From Macrostomum hystrix (lineage: Eukaryota > Animalia > Platyhelminthes): DNA of 64,000 nucleotides. Below, in pieces: positions 48,706-62,335 of the stretch; position 1 is the first letter of the stretch; each line of letters starts with the position of its first letter. Location of the stretch: NCBI GenBank assembly GCA_950097015.1, contig CATNEN010000003.1:4216001-4280000 (forward strand), read 5' to 3'. Made by a program: the position numbers and the translations under genes. A model generated the notes under the pieces. The model saw nothing but the letters and a program-made list of their open reading frames with translations. It made no database searches and had not been told where the DNA came from.

Positions 48706-50352
48706 ACTGTTGTGTCAGGGGCTTATCATAGGTAGGACAAGGTTGATGCCTGTTTTCGATATTAGTATATCGAATCAGAATGTGACCCCAATATTATTTT
48801 TCGCTCAATTTTTACTCTTCAAAAGGATTGTAAAAGCTTGAAAGCTTACAATTTTGTGCAATTTGATAAGCCAAAGCTTCAAAAAAATCACAATAAAGTG
48901 CCTCATGCTAGTCACAGTTAAAATTTAACCTGATTAAAAACCAATTGACACCCTGTTGATATTCAGATTAATTGTCAATTATAAAAAATCTCAGAATGAG
49001 CAAACTGTGTGAGTCCGAATCGAATTGCAAAAAGTTTCCGAAAAAAAATCGTGCTTTGTTCGCGTGGCCACTTGAGCTGGAGTATGTGTGCTCAAGCAGA
49101 TTATATTAAAATGGACAGCCACGCGGCTGAGCAGTGGTATGTGCAGAGCTAATTTCAAAAGGCGATATTATTTCACAGCTCGAGCATTGCGGCGAACACT
49201 TGAACGGCGAGGGCGCAAGAAATTATTGAATTGCGTGGATGCAAGGGGGTCAATTTCGTTCTATTTGAGTATATTGCATTGCATCATCTTGCTTCAAGAT
49301 CGCCAAAGGAAAGTAGCCGTGAGCTGTCATTTCTGACCTGCAAGCGAGATCATTCCACTCCATTCTTTGAGCAGTTCTGCATATTTGAGCACTGACAGAA
49401 ACACGAATTTCTGATCGCAACATGTGTCAAATATTACTCCATTCGTCAATGTTGCTGTACAGTGTTTGCTAAGCAATTTGGTCTCAGCCAAAAAATGAAC
49501 ATATGTTCCCATCTGGACTCATGGGATTCTGTAAGTAGGATACAGTAGAATCAAATCCTGAAGTTTGCTCTCCACAATTTCATATTTCATCGGTTGGTGT
49601 TTACAGAAGTCAAGAAGTAATGCATGAAACACTGCTAGCATTGCTTCTGCAGGTGAGTTCTCATCAACACGTACTCGTTCCATCATTGTGCGGCATCCAT
49701 CAATTCTTAGAATTAGGAATGTGACCCCCGCCATTCTCAGCTATATTGACAGAGTTGAGAGAAAGGATTTCAGAATGGCGAAATATACACGACAGCAATG
49801 TCCGTCACGGGAGTGTGTTTGAATGCTATTTCACTTCAAGGTAAGTTCATAGTAGGTATAGGCGCTAGCAACAACTGTTGCTAACTGACCATTCTCACAC
49901 CATTGAGCATGCCATCTATACTTGAGACAATTGTAGCTATATTGGAGTTGTTTACATGATATTTGTATATCAGGAGGGTAGCAACAACTAGTGGACAAAG
50001 AGATAGGGAAGGAGTAATTGAAGTTGGCTTTTCATTGTAGATAGATTATGGGCCTTTTCAGAGTAGCGTTTCATAAATAGCTGTTAAATGGGAGTGAGTG
50101 GGAAGACAAGCTTCTGACACGTGTCTTCCACCTCATTGAGGCAATCGGTATTTGTCTTAAATGTAAACCAAGCTTCTTGTGGGCAATCATTTATGGCCAC
50201 TTGGTCACGTGGCGTTGACCATTCTAAGAAATGCAATGAGCTACCATCAGCGACTTCTAGGCTAGTGTTGACTCCGTTCAGCTGGGCGAATATATTCGCT
50301 GAAAAACTTTTGAGATATCCTGTTTGACACTAGAACTACCAAACGAATAAGC

Positions 50353-51547
50353 TAGACAGTAGCTTTGTTAGTTAGACAGCAGCTTTGTTAGTTAGACAGT
50401 AGCTTTATTAGTTAGACAGTAGCTTTGTTAGTTAGACAGCAGCTTTATTAGTTAGACAGTAGCTTTGTTAGTTAGACAGCAGCTTTGTTAGTTAGACAGC
50501 AGCTTTGTTAGTTAGACAGCAGCTTTGTTAGTTAGACAGCAGCTTTGTTAGTTAGACAGCAGCTTTGTTAGTTAGACAGCAGCTTTGTTAGTTAGACAGC
50601 AGCTTTGTTAGTTAGACAGCAGCTTTATTAGTTAGACTGTAGCTTTATTAGTTAGACAGCAGCTTTATTAGTTAGACAGCAGCTTTATTAGTTAGACAGT
50701 AGCTTTATTAGTTAGACAGCAGCTTTGTTAGTTAGACAGCAGCTTTATTAGTTCGACAGTAGCTTTATTAGTTAGACTGTAGGTTTATTAGTTAGACAGC
50801 AGCTTTATTAGTTAGACAGCAGCTTTGTTAGTTAGACAGCAGCTTTATTAGTTAGACAGTAGCTTTGTTAGTTAGACAGCAGCTTTGTTAGTTAGACAGC
50901 AGCTTTGTTAGTTAGACAGCAGCTTTGTTAGTTAGACTGTAGCTTTATTAGTTAGACAGTAGCTTTGTTAGTTAGACAGTAGCTTTATTAGTTAGACAGC
51001 AGCTTTGTTAGTTAGACAGCAGCTTTGTTAGTTAGACAGCAGCTTTATTAGTTAGACAGCAGCTTTATTAGTTAGACAGCAGCTTTATTAGTTAGACAGC
51101 AGCTTTATTAGTTAGACAGCAGCTTTGTTAGTTAGACAGCAGCTTTATTAGTTAGACAGCAGCTTTGTTAGTTAGACAGCAGCTTTATTAGTTAGACTGT
51201 AGGTTTATTAGTTAGACAGCAGCTTTATTAGTTAGACAGCAGCTTTATTAGTTAGACAGCAGCTTTGTTAGTTAGACAGCAGCTTTGTTAGTTAGACAGC
51301 AGCTTTATTAGTTAGACTGTAGCTTTATTAGTTAGACAGCAGCTTTATTAGTTAGACTGTAGCTTTATTAGTTAGACTGTAGCTTTATTAGTTAGACAGT
51401 AGCTTTGTTAGTTAGACAGTAGCTTTGTTAGTTAGACAGTAGCTTTGTTAGTTAGACAGTAGCTTTATTAGTTAGACAGCAGCTTTGTTAGTTAGACAGC
51501 AGCTTTATTAGTTAGACTGTAGCTTTATTAGTTAGACAGCAGCTTTA
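50353..51547. repeat. 20-bp minisatellite (agcttt[g/a]ttagttagacag[c/t]) x ~60
   Basis: Strict 20-nt period with a few recurrent variant positions. Confidence 0.98.
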
Positions 51548-52070
51548 CAAGTGAGGCACTTAGGCACTAGCATTGTAAGATACTTTTTATGCGAACTTTT
51601 CAAGAGGGTAGTTCTCTTTCCAGATACTTTGTTAGATTAGAAATCTTTGTTTGTAAATTTGGCTCATCATTTGTAAAAACACCGAATAAATTTTGATACT
51701 GGGCATATCTAACTCATTGTGTAAACATTTCATTTAATGAGCAATGCAGATACTGCAGATTTCTACTCAAGTTATGAAAAGCTGACAATCAAGCGTCCTT
51801 GCGTTGTGTGTTCGTACCCAAGTTTAACTCGAAAAAAAGATTTTTTAATATGGTAAAAGCCTTTCTTTTAACAAGCGGAGATGAAAAACGTAAAAGGAAC
51901 AAAGACTTTCCGCACAGCCATGCCCAACAAGTTGAGTTATTCAGCCTGTCTATATCTTCAAACTGAAATTATCTACAAAGAATTTGAAAAGCAAACAGAC
52001 AACTGTCCATTTTTGTGGGAAAATTTTCAGTTGGCGTCTCAAAGAAAATTTCCCCCTTTAACTGAGTTGT

Positions 52071-52361
52071 GAGGGTGTGAGTGGCAGACCGGTTTAACGC
52101 TTCTGTCACTCGCACCAATGCTCTTGAGCTCGATTACGTTCAAGGTAGAGAAGGCTTCTAAGGCATAATGACGATGAGAAAATAAGGGCAGATGTACACA
52201 CCTGTGGCGTGTGTGCCTGGGTACAGTATCGGTGTGCAAAATTACAGAATTGCCTCCTCGCTGGCTGCTGGTCTAGTGTCACCAAATGACGTGGCAGCAG
52301 CCCTACTGCCCTGCTAAAATGACTATGATTGTTATGATTATGATTATGATTATGATTATCA
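52071..52361 (+). mobile_element. tRNA-derived SINE (family B) with (tgatta)n tail
   Basis: Head gagtggcagaccggtttaacgc..gagctcgatt (boxes A and B); shared body; simple-repeat tail. Confidence 0.75.
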
Positions 52362-52375
52362 CGAGTGGCAAGCTA

Positions 52376-53520
52376 CACCTTTTTCCGATCAAATTCAACG
52401 TTTTGCCAATCAGCTTAGCCAAGTTTCATTCAAGTTAGCCACTCTATGGTAATCGCAGTCGACGCGCCATTCAACTTAGACAACTATCGTTCAAGTTCAC
52501 CAGCCATTATTCAAGTTCAACACGCCATGGCAGGGTGTATTTTGTCTATGGCAAGAAGGGGTAACAAGCTCGAAAAACGATTTTCAAATTAGACAACTTG
52601 CAAGCAAATTCAACAAGAGCAGATCCCCTGAAAGCCGAAGTTTAACTGTTGCTCTGTGCCAATGGCTGATCATATGGACGAAGAGGAGCACGACAGTGTG
52701 GAAGAGGAAGACGATGCGGAGGATCGTGTACGCTATAATACGATTTCGAATGAGGATAGAGCCAGTCTGTTGGATGCACACGCAAACGGCGAAGACTTCG
52801 TCCATCTGGCGGGGCTGCTGAATATCAATAGAACTACGGCATACTCAATTGTGCGTTCCGGAAGGAGGGAGAAAAGACCGATGGGTGGAAGAAGAAATTC
52901 GAAATTTGACATCGAGATGGCGCAGTAGTGTTCCGAACTGCTAGACGACAACATGTGTTCTAACTCTGGAGGAGATCAAGGAACAATTACGCGCCAGGTT
53001 TTCCAAACAAGCCGACTGTCGCAATTTCGACACTGAGCCGTCAGTTGAACGGCCTGATGTTCACCGTTAAGCTCGTTCGCGACACACCCGCAGAAGGAAA
53101 CTCACCGCGGTGCATTGCGCGAATGACAATCGTCGGCGATTGACACGTCGATTGCAGACTCCTCAGCCGTGCTCAATGATCTATCAGTTGGAAAACTCTT
53201 ACACATTGTGGTGAATTTTGGCACTGTTGTTTTCCGCAATTTCTTGTTATAATTATTGTTCCACTATACAGTTCTGCTTTTGTTGAATTTGCTTGCAAGT
53301 TGTCTAATTTGAAAATAGTTTTTCGAGCTTGTTACCCCTTCTTGCCATAGACAAAATACACCCTGCCATGGCGTGTTGAACTTGAATGATGGCTGGTGAA
53401 CTTAAACGATAGTTGTCTAAGTTGAATGGCGCGTCGACTGCGCTTACCATAGACTGGCTAACTTGAATGAAACTTGGCTAAGCTGATTGGCCAAACGTTG
53501 AATTTGACAGGAAAAGGGTG
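52376..53520 (+). mobile_element. Non-autonomous IS630/Tc1/mariner-family DNA transposon with ~248-bp TIRs and TA TSD
   Basis: TA|cacctttt...aaagggtg|TA; TIRs 52376-52623 and 53273-53520 are near-perfect reverse complements. Confidence 0.92.
52656..53125 (+). pseudogene. Transposase HTH remnant (stop at 52926-52928, frameshifts, DDE domain deleted)
   Basis: ISNEDRASLL..LAGLLNINRTTAYSIVR..GGRRNSK, then TLEEIKEQLR..VAISTLSRQL..FTVK, the paired-like HTH regions of Tc1/IS630 transposases. Confidence 0.8.
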
Positions 53521-54369
53521 TATCATTCGTCAAGCCTAAGACGTACTACTCGCGCGCATTATTCTATGGCCTAAACTTCCCGGAATCGCATCTTTCTTGT
53601 GCTTTTTATATACATAACACTGAAATTTCGTCTATGGTCAATCCTTAAAGACAACTTTGAGCGACTTTCTATGCCAAAAGTTTAACATTCTAAAAAGATA
53701 TCTCGCTGTAGTCTTTAGAGCAATTTGACCACCTGTGACTATCGATTGAGAGTCAAAAGCTAATGAAAATTCACGACGCTGGTACACCGCATTATGTGAA
53801 AGTGTTCGATCAATAAAATCTAACTACTTGGTTGAATTTTTTCGCTCACGGTTTTCATGCGGCATATCCCTTGGCTAGACTTATACGATTATTTCTTATA
53901 GATATCTAAACACAAGCCCACACTACACCCGTGGAAGCACAAGTGGGAACCCCGTAAAAATTCAGTGGAAGTTTCCCCGCCTCTTCTCAATCGTCTGAGT
54001 TGAAGAGTCAAAGAACTTTCTTTTCCTTCAGGAAAGTGGAAAAGCAAGTGGTCCCTTCACTTTGGCCACGATTAATTTGGTATCTTGAGCATAAGCAGCT
54101 ATTTTCCTGTTGCCGACTGGGCAGAAAATAGTTTTTACCTCTCATGAGAACAAGTGGAACAATAGCTATATGATAGACAATATCAAAAGTGCCGAAACCA
54201 CTCAAAACTGTAGATTTCACCTCTGCTATAAGTAGTCAGTTTCGGACATTGCTTCTAACTGTATGGACTCAGATGCACTACATAGGACAGACTTCCTCGC
54301 CTCAGTCTTCAATCAAATAGATAGCTTGCCACTTAAAATACCTCATCTCTAATGTCTCATTCGTCTAGT

Positions 54370-55012
54370 TTCTCATCCCTCCCGTGTCTCATTTCTCCCG
54401 TGTCTCATCTCTCCCGTGTCTCATCTCTCCCGTGTCTCATCTCTCCCGTGTCTCATCTCTCCCGTGTCTCATCTCTCCCGTGTCTCATCTCTCCCGTGTC
54501 TCATCTCTCCCGTGTCTCATCTCTCCCGTGTCTCATCTCTCCCGTGTCTCATCTCTCCCGTGTCTCATCTCTCCCGTGTCTCATTTCTCCCGTGTCTCAT
54601 CTCTCCCGTGTCTCATCTCTCCCGTGTCTCATCTCTCCCGTGTCTCATCTCTCCCGTGTCTCATCTCTCCCGTATCTCATCTCTCCCGTGTCTCATCTCT
54701 CCCGTGTCTCATCTCTCCCGTGTCTCATCTCTCCCGTGTCTCATCTCTCCCGTGTCTCATCTCTCTCGTGTCTCATCTCTCCCGTGTCTCATCCCTCCCG
54801 TGTCTCATCTCTCCCGTGTCTCATCTCTCCCGTGTCTCATCTCTCCCGTGTCTCATTTCTCCCGTGTCTCATCTCTCCCGTGTCTCATCTCTCCCGTGTC
54901 TCATCTCTCCCTTGTCTCATCTCTCCCGTGTCTCATCTCTCCCGTGTCTCATCTCTCCCTTGTCTCATCTCTCCCGTGTCTCATCTCTCCCGTGTCTCAT
55001 CTCTCCCGTGTC
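54370..55012. repeat. 16-bp pyrimidine-rich minisatellite (tctcatctctcccgtg) x ~40
   Basis: Tandem units with rare substitutions. Confidence 0.97.
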
Positions 55013-55759
55013 CCTGATTTGTCGGATGCAAGCAATAAAAAATGACGAAACTTTAAATTTACCTTGCAGAGCCTTCAAGAAATCTTGGCTCGTGCATGTA
55101 ATACAAAAAATAAATAGTTTGGTCAACCTTGTGTACTTATTTCTATTTCTTGATCTACATTTTTTGTCAAACGTGGAAAAGTTTTAAAATAATTACGTTC
55201 AAATCCTAAATCAGATAGACAAGACAGACCTTTTTAACAGTAGTCAAAGATAGGGAAAGTTAATTGATATAATATAGTAAAACAAATAATAATATTTTGA
55301 GCAGAATTAGCGGCAGAGAGATGAGACTGGGCCAGAACTCGGAATCAAATAAGGACTTGGGAATTCACAATTAGAAAGAATTAGTTAGCACTTCAGGTAG
55401 TCCAGATAACTTTAAACAACAGAGTCGGAATGATTACTCGTACGATCAGGAAATAAAAAAAGTACTTAAAACTCTAACAAAGAGCGACAGCTCACACATA
55501 TCGCTTAGAATTGCTCACGCTTAGCACAGAATACAAGCGAGAATTGTTAGTTTTTGTGCCATACTTATCCCTGCTTTTACATCAGATCTCCTCAAAGCCT
55601 ACGTCGAGCTAAAATACATTTTTTTGTTTAAAATATCTAAGCAAGTATACGAGTATAACAAAGTGCCTTTCGCCTTTGTTTCTGTTTGCCGGAGTCAAAC
55701 AAACAATTAGAAAAAACGCAAACAAGCAAGAATAAGTCAAAGTGACACTGCTAGCGCCT

Positions 55760-57577
55760 TCAGTTGTCATCATCGCCGTCGGCATCTCCGTCACCGTCTC
55801 CATCGGCGTCGGCATCGGCGTCATCTTCGGCCTCCTTGGCTGCGCCATCTTCACCTTCCGCCGTCTGCCCTGCCGGAGGCGCCACTGGGGCTTCCAAGCT
55901 GACTGTGGCATCGTCTTCAGCATCGTCGCGATGCTGCGACTGGCTATCGGAGGCGCCGGCTCCAGCTGCCGCGGGATCCACCATGGCGCGACGATCCTCT
56001 TCGGCCATGCGCTGCTGTTCAATGCGCGTCTCCAGGGCGCGGTAGGCCGTGTGGCGGTCGCGCACCACCTCGCGCAGGATGCCGTCGAGTAAGGCTCGGG
56101 CGCGCACGGAGGAATCCATGTCCGTGTTGACGGCGTCCACCAGCCAGGGTAGGAAGCCACTCTCGACGTCTAGAAGAATAAAATTTTTTTTAAAAAGAGA
56201 ATTCGTATACCAAACGCTCTCCTCAGAGTATGAAAGTTCACCAAAAAATTCCGCATTTTGCGCGGCTGACTCACCTCGCTCCACCGGATCGTAGAAGTAT
56301 CCGTGCTCGGCCAGCGTGCCAAACACCGACGGCACCAGATCGGCCAGGTAGCTCTGAGCGAACGCACGAGCAGCAATCTTGTTGGCGGTCTCGCGCTCCT
56401 TCTCTTGAACCTCGCGTTGTTGGCGAACGCGGCGAGCCTTCTCCTCGCGATGACGCCTGTCCTGCTCCTCGAGGCGTTGCTGTTCAACCAGCTCGGCATT
56501 GCGCAGCTCCTCGAAGGCGCGCTGCTGGGCGCGCAAGTTGGCCAGCTCCTCTTCGCCACACACCTCCAACAAGGACTGCTCAATGGTCTTACCAACCAGC
56601 ACCTCGAGGATTGGCTTCACCTCGATATCAAAGTTAAACAGCTGAAAGTGCAGATTTTGGGATATTTTTGTTGTTTGCATTTATCTAGTAGAAATGAAAG
56701 TTAATAATAGTCCTAAATATTTTTTGAGTTCTGACCTCATTGTCGAGGATTTGGGTTTCCTTGTCCTCGCCGCTCTTGGCCGGAACAAACAGCGGCGACG
56801 GTGGCCGGTCAAGAAAGTCGTCTGTCTGACACTGAACGTCGGCCTCTTCAATTCGGTCGGCCAGCTCCTCCAAATAGAGCTCGGTCTGGATGTCAATGTG
56901 CTTCCGGCCCTCCACGGCGTCCGGCGACTTCGGCCGCAGCTGTTCGCGTGCGCGCTTCCGAGCCAGAGCTCGCCTCCTCATCTCCTGTTGGCGTTGAATT
57001 TCTACCGGATCAGGCTGGGCCACGGCTGGTAGCACGTGCTGCGAGTACGTGTTACCTCGGATCACCCGCCTATCGTACATCAGATTGCCATGGGTCTGGA
57101 CTTCATCAGAGTTCCTGCAGTGATTTACATTTGTAACCAAATGATTTAGTGCAAAAGGCAATTTAAACAATTCTTAAAGTGAACTACTTTTTAAACTTTG
57201 ATGTAAATTAAGAAATAATTAAATCCGCAATATTTAGTTCTGAGCGCTATTTTACTCGAGTGTCTGCTAGAAGAACTACTAAATAATTAGAATTTTTACA
57301 ACTAAGAGGCGTATTTTGTAAAAAAGAGACGTTAAAAAAAATTAACATGTAGAATCACATAAAAATGTTCCAAAATTCACTAAAAATGCGTTAAAAATCT
57401 GCTTTTTGATTAAAGGAATATTATTTCCAGGCGAATTTCACGAATAAGGAAATACAAAATAGCTTACTGTTGTGCAAATTGTTCTCTGTATTTTCGGCGG
57501 TTTGGAACAGCTCGTGGCTGGCTTGAAAATGTGTATGTGTTGCCCTCATTGGGCTGCTGAGCAAGCACAGTCGCCAT
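55760..57577 (-). CDS. RSPH3: Radial spoke head protein 3; exons 57577-57468, 57114-56736, 56641-56275, 56169-55760 (~421 aa)
   Basis: YTFSSQPRAV, GNLMYDRRVIRGNTY, VEGRKHIDIQTELYLEEL, QTDDFLDRPPSPLFVPAKSG.D..TQI and LFNFDIEVKPILEVLVGKTIEQSLLEV are RSP3 signatures; GT-AG junctions in frame. Confidence 0.95.
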
Positions 57578-60500
57578 TAAAAAACGAACCAACTGAAAAT
57601 AGGCTGTATGAAAATATGCGGATCAAAAATATTTAACAAAAGTGCTTGTATTTACTGAAGTTAAATACTCGGTTAACTATGGAGCTAAAATGCATCTACA
57701 AAAAAGAACAACGCTTTCTATAGAGAAGCAATAAAACTATTTAATGTGGTACTATTTTTTCAAGTTTTTAACTGATTATCCTACACTTCAAATAAGTACA
57801 TTACGCTTTGTTTAAACTGTGCCTTAAACGGCAATTTTAAAACGTTGAACGTGAAGAAAATTTTGCTTAGAAATACTACACAGCTTCAAGGATCTTCCTT
57901 TACTTCTTTTTTAAAAAGTCATATCGTCTTTGTGCCAACGTTTTGCTTTTTCAATAACAATTAGAACAGTTATGACAGTCACCTTTATCATGGATGATTT
58001 ATCACTCATGCTCGTGATGGTGATAGTTCTCAAAGTTTAGTCACAAGATGTTCACACAGTGCAGTCACATTAACAACAATAGGTACATATGTAAGGCCAA
58101 CGGTAGAAAGCCTATTTGCTAAAGTCAAAATAGATGCCATATGGCATATATTTTGATGTAAATGACATGCAAAGGTTATATATATATAACTTATATGAGT
58201 ATGTATAGAAATAAAGTAAATACAAAGACAAAGTTATTAAATACTTCTTGTTTGATGTCTTATTTCATTTTAGCATTTTCTGTGCCTCAGTTCGATAAAT
58301 AAAATATTACTTGTGTTCACATTTCGATCATTTTTGTCAATAATTAAATGACATGTCACAAAAGCAATTATTTTTTACTTCAAAAGTGACAAAAGGCATT
58401 GAATTCGGGCTTCCATAAATTTGTACTGAATCAAAATTTCACAGACAATTTTATAGTGATCCTATAGTTATACTGTATTTAAATTGCATGTTTGTATTTC
58501 TAGACTTAATAGAAATGGTAAATAATAAAATTTCAGTGTAAATAAACTAAAATATAAATTATACTAATTTTATTACTGTATAGGCTATTCTATAGATTAT
58601 AGGATTGCCAATTTTATATGTTGTTCAAATGTTCAGGATAGAAAATTTTATAATTTAGGTTTCCCTTGATTCTGGCATTTTTCAAATATGTCAAAGCCAA
58701 TCCTAAGGCTAATTACATGAGATGATGGTCATTGTGTTGGTGTATATAATAATCATTATTTGTACCAAAGACAAACTAACTCGAGACTTTGTATGTTCTA
58801 TATTGATGGGCGTGTCCTCTAGATTAAGATAATATACATTTTAAAGTAATTTTATTTACTGTGTTAATGTAGCAGACAGAAACTTTCAATGATGGTCATT
58901 TTTGGTGAAAGTTGACATATTCAAATTTTCAACGTAAGTTCAAGATTCCTGCTAATCAGGCAAGTTTTTGTCTCAATCAGTCATACATTGTAGTAAACAA
59001 TAGCTAGATAAACAGTTATAAACAAATTTCACATGTTTGTAGCCAGTTTTAAGTGTGTTGCACATTTTTTCTTAGATGACGGTTATTGGACTGATGGTTG
59101 TTTGTTTCAAAAAATGACCATCATTTTTTAAAACAACACAAGGAATCTCTCTATTTTTGATAATATCTTAGTTTTAAGATTGTTTATAACTAATATCAGT
59201 TCTAATAGAACTATTTAATGCTTTTCTAACCATAAAATTTATTACACTAATCTCACATTTCAGATCAAACCTACCATGTACTTGTACCTTCAACAAAACA
59301 TTAACTTCAAGATTGCCTGACTCAATAATCATAAAGATGGCTGATCAGTTAATAGAGGGAATAGTGAATGAAACAATTAAATAAACCAATGGCTTAGTAT
59401 GACTTAACAAAAAAGATAATTTATTTTAAGGTATATAAAACTAGATTAGCAGTATCTCTTAAAGGCTTGAATTCCAAGAACATGTATTGTCTTTAAAATT
59501 GACACAAGAAACTTTTGCAAGAGAAATTGATTAAAAATACACAACTTGAGAGCAGTACTTATGTAGTTAATTCTATGAATTTTATGAAATTTATGAAAAA
59601 AAATGATAGTAATAATGTTTTCTGAATATATAGTGTTATATATAGGAAATGATGGTCATTGGGTAACTTTGCCAGTTTTTTTAAGCATATTAAACTTATC
59701 ACTTGCTAACAAAAATGACAATTTAATGTAGATATAGGCAAAGATAATATTTTAGCAAAAAATCACTTCGCAAGCCCTTTGAACTTGTTATAACAACTTT
59801 TCATTTAAAAGAATGATGGTCGTTTTCAACACTTTTAAAAAGCAAAGCCCAAACTTTTCAAAGCAAAAGTTATGATAAAAAGAAATATGTTAGGTCATAG
59901 AACTTTATATTTCAGTTTTTAGATATAATAAAGTTAAGTTATTTTTTTATTTATATTCTCTGAGTTAAATTTAAGACATTAGTTCCTTAATAAAAACTAG
60001 ATTCACTTTTTATAATGTCCTGTGGAACATTTAAATGATTGTAGAGGTACTATGATCAAAACAAAAATATAGACCTAAAGGTAGATAAATATGTTTAAAA
60101 CTACTTGAACATGAAACTATATATAATTATGTAGAAATAGAAATAAAAACTTTTATAAATATAGCAAAAAAAATTATGTCCCATTGATGAATTTCTCATG
60201 GAATTACCCCTAAGCATCTTTAGCATACATGCGCAACACCCGGCCAAACCAGCCAGGTGAAATGAGTGCCAAGCAAGGTAAGTCGCAAAAACCAATCAAC
60301 CAAGCACAAAAAAATCAAAGGGGGGACCAAGGGACAAAAAAGGAAGGTGTGAAGAAAAGGAAAAAGGGGAGAGAAAAAGAGAGCAAATGAGAGCAAACTA
60401 AGTTGTAAATAGAGCAAAAACTAAGTCGCATGGCCGGCTAAGATTTGGGAGGTTGCACATGTATGATCTTTAGGAATCCTAAACCTAGATCCTAACCCTA

Positions 60501-61792
60501 AAGACAAACAAACCCAAAATTTCAAAAGTAATTTAAAGAAATAAGTAGGTGAAGAAAGGGAAAAATTGTCTTTAGAAAATACTTAGTCACTATAAAAATT
60601 ACTATTAGAAGTCTTGAAAAACAATGATTCCTCAGATTTTTGTGTATAGCTTAATTTATTTAACTTAATAGTTAAATATGACCTTAAATAGAAAACTAAA
60701 CAATAATAGTTTTAACTATATCCTCATGTGGTACTTAAAGTAAATGCTGCACTAGGCACAGTGGCATCAGAAGAGCTCTGATTTTTTATTTAATTATGTA
60801 GTAACAATGCACAAATGAGTGTAAATAGCAGCTGCCACACTGTTGAGCACTTGTCCATCTAGCCCTCAATCCTAGATGAGATTGAGATCCTTTAAAAAGT
60901 GTAAACAATTGACCAAGCAATTATCAAGTAAAGTTAGTTTTTAGTGTTAATTAGATATAATACAAACTAACTAGAGCAAAGCTTTTTTACTCAACATACA
61001 AATACTTTAGAACCTAGTTTTACATTTTTTGATGCTGTAGAGGAGTAATAAATCAACACTGAGGGTTTTGAAGGTGGAACTATAATTAATGAATAAACTT
61101 GAACTCCAAGAGCCCTGTGGCTCTATTATTTGGTTATATATTATTAATCAAAAGTAATATCTCTCTCTCCAGCTCTCTGACACAACACCAACCCCATGCA
61201 TAGCACACCAGCCCTGACATGCACACAGAGAGGGGGAGTGCCAAGGCAACACTAAACAATACCAATGGGTTGGGCCATAGGCACTCTTATTCCATCACAG
61301 ATGTAAAATATAAAACAGTGCATGACTACAAAGTTATTATTTTAAACCTGACATTTAGGAGTCTACTTATGTCTCAGAATGAATACTTTTTTCTTGATTC
61401 TCAATTGGATAGTCTTCAATTTGCATTTCACTTCACAAGAAGGTCATACAAGCACCACTACATAATGCTTATAGAGTTTAAGTCAATTTCTTAGATCAAA
61501 TATTTGGTTAAATATACTTGTTCACAGATAGTTAGGCTACAGCACTTATTCTGCCTTAGAAAACTGGCTGCACTGCACCAACGGCACACTATGATGAAAC
61601 TGCAGTTGCTAGGGCAATTAGGGCAAAGAAATGTAGCTCTCCTTAGTAGAAAAATATTTCAAAATCACATTCTTATCCAGGATATCAACAGTAGCCTTTA
61701 ATTTGGCTTTGGCACTGCAATTTAACAACACACTAAAGAAGTAACAAATAAAATTATAAATTAAAATAAAATGAATATGTAAGAACAGCAGT

Positions 61793-62335
61793 ATGATTAA
61801 AAGAAGGATTCAGATCTTCATTAAATTTTATTTGCAGAATTGTCTCCGCAAAACTTTCGGCCATTTTTTGACAGCCCCCAGTGGCTTGTCATCTGTCACA
61901 GCTGCCATTCTTGGCAGTCAGTCGCAACGCTTGCTATCAACTGCTAATAGTGGTATCAATACTACTACTAACAAAAAAGCCTACAAGCCAGACTTTGTGC
62001 CGATCTATTTCGTTTTGCGCGACGGGGCCAAGGTAAAAGTAGATTGTAGAGTTGGCGACAACCTACTGGACATCATCATCGATCAGAATGTTGATATTGA
62101 CGGCTTCGGCGCCTGTGGTGGTACTCTTAGCTGCTCCACCTGTCACCTGTTATTTGACAAGGCTAATTTCGATTCGCTGCCTAATAAAGTAACAGAGGAG
62201 GAGCAGGACATGCTAGACTTGGCCTACGAACTGACAGACACCTCTAGGCTTGGTTGCCAAGTTGTTGTCACGCCAGAAATGAGCGAATGGGTTATTAAAG
62301 TGCCCAATGATGTGGCTGATGCCAGGGTTCTGTAG
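61793..62335 (+). CDS. FDX1: Mitochondrial adrenodoxin-type 2Fe-2S ferredoxin (FDX1-like); 5' end uncertain (acceptor tttgcag at 61837)
   Basis: DIDGFGACGGTLSCSTCH..EEQDMLDLAYELTDTSRLGCQ; Ser/Thr/Arg-rich presequence-like N-terminus. Confidence 0.88.
   Translation: MIKRRIQIFIKFYLQNCLRKTFGHFLTAPSGLSSVTAAILGSQSQRLLSTANSGINTTTNKKAYKPDFVPIYFVLRDGAKVKVDCRVGDNLLDIIIDQNVDIDGFGACGGTLSCSTCHLLFDKANFDSLPNKVTEEEQDMLDLAYELTDTSRLGCQVVVTPEMSEWVIKVPNDVADARVL

Noticed and set aside
50353-51547. Telomeric or CRISPR repeat (contains TTAG)
   Set aside because: A 20-bp head-to-tail unit with no spacers and no (TTAGGG)n or (TTAGG)n runs.
54352-55187. Three overlapping repetitive ORFs (SHLSRVSSLPCLISPV)n
   Set aside because: Artefact of a stop-free 16-bp tandem repeat.
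60224-60464. Possible MITE bounded by catacatgcgcaac / gttgcacatgtatg
   Set aside because: Only a 14-bp imperfect inverted repeat, single copy in the window and no clear TSD; not enough to call.
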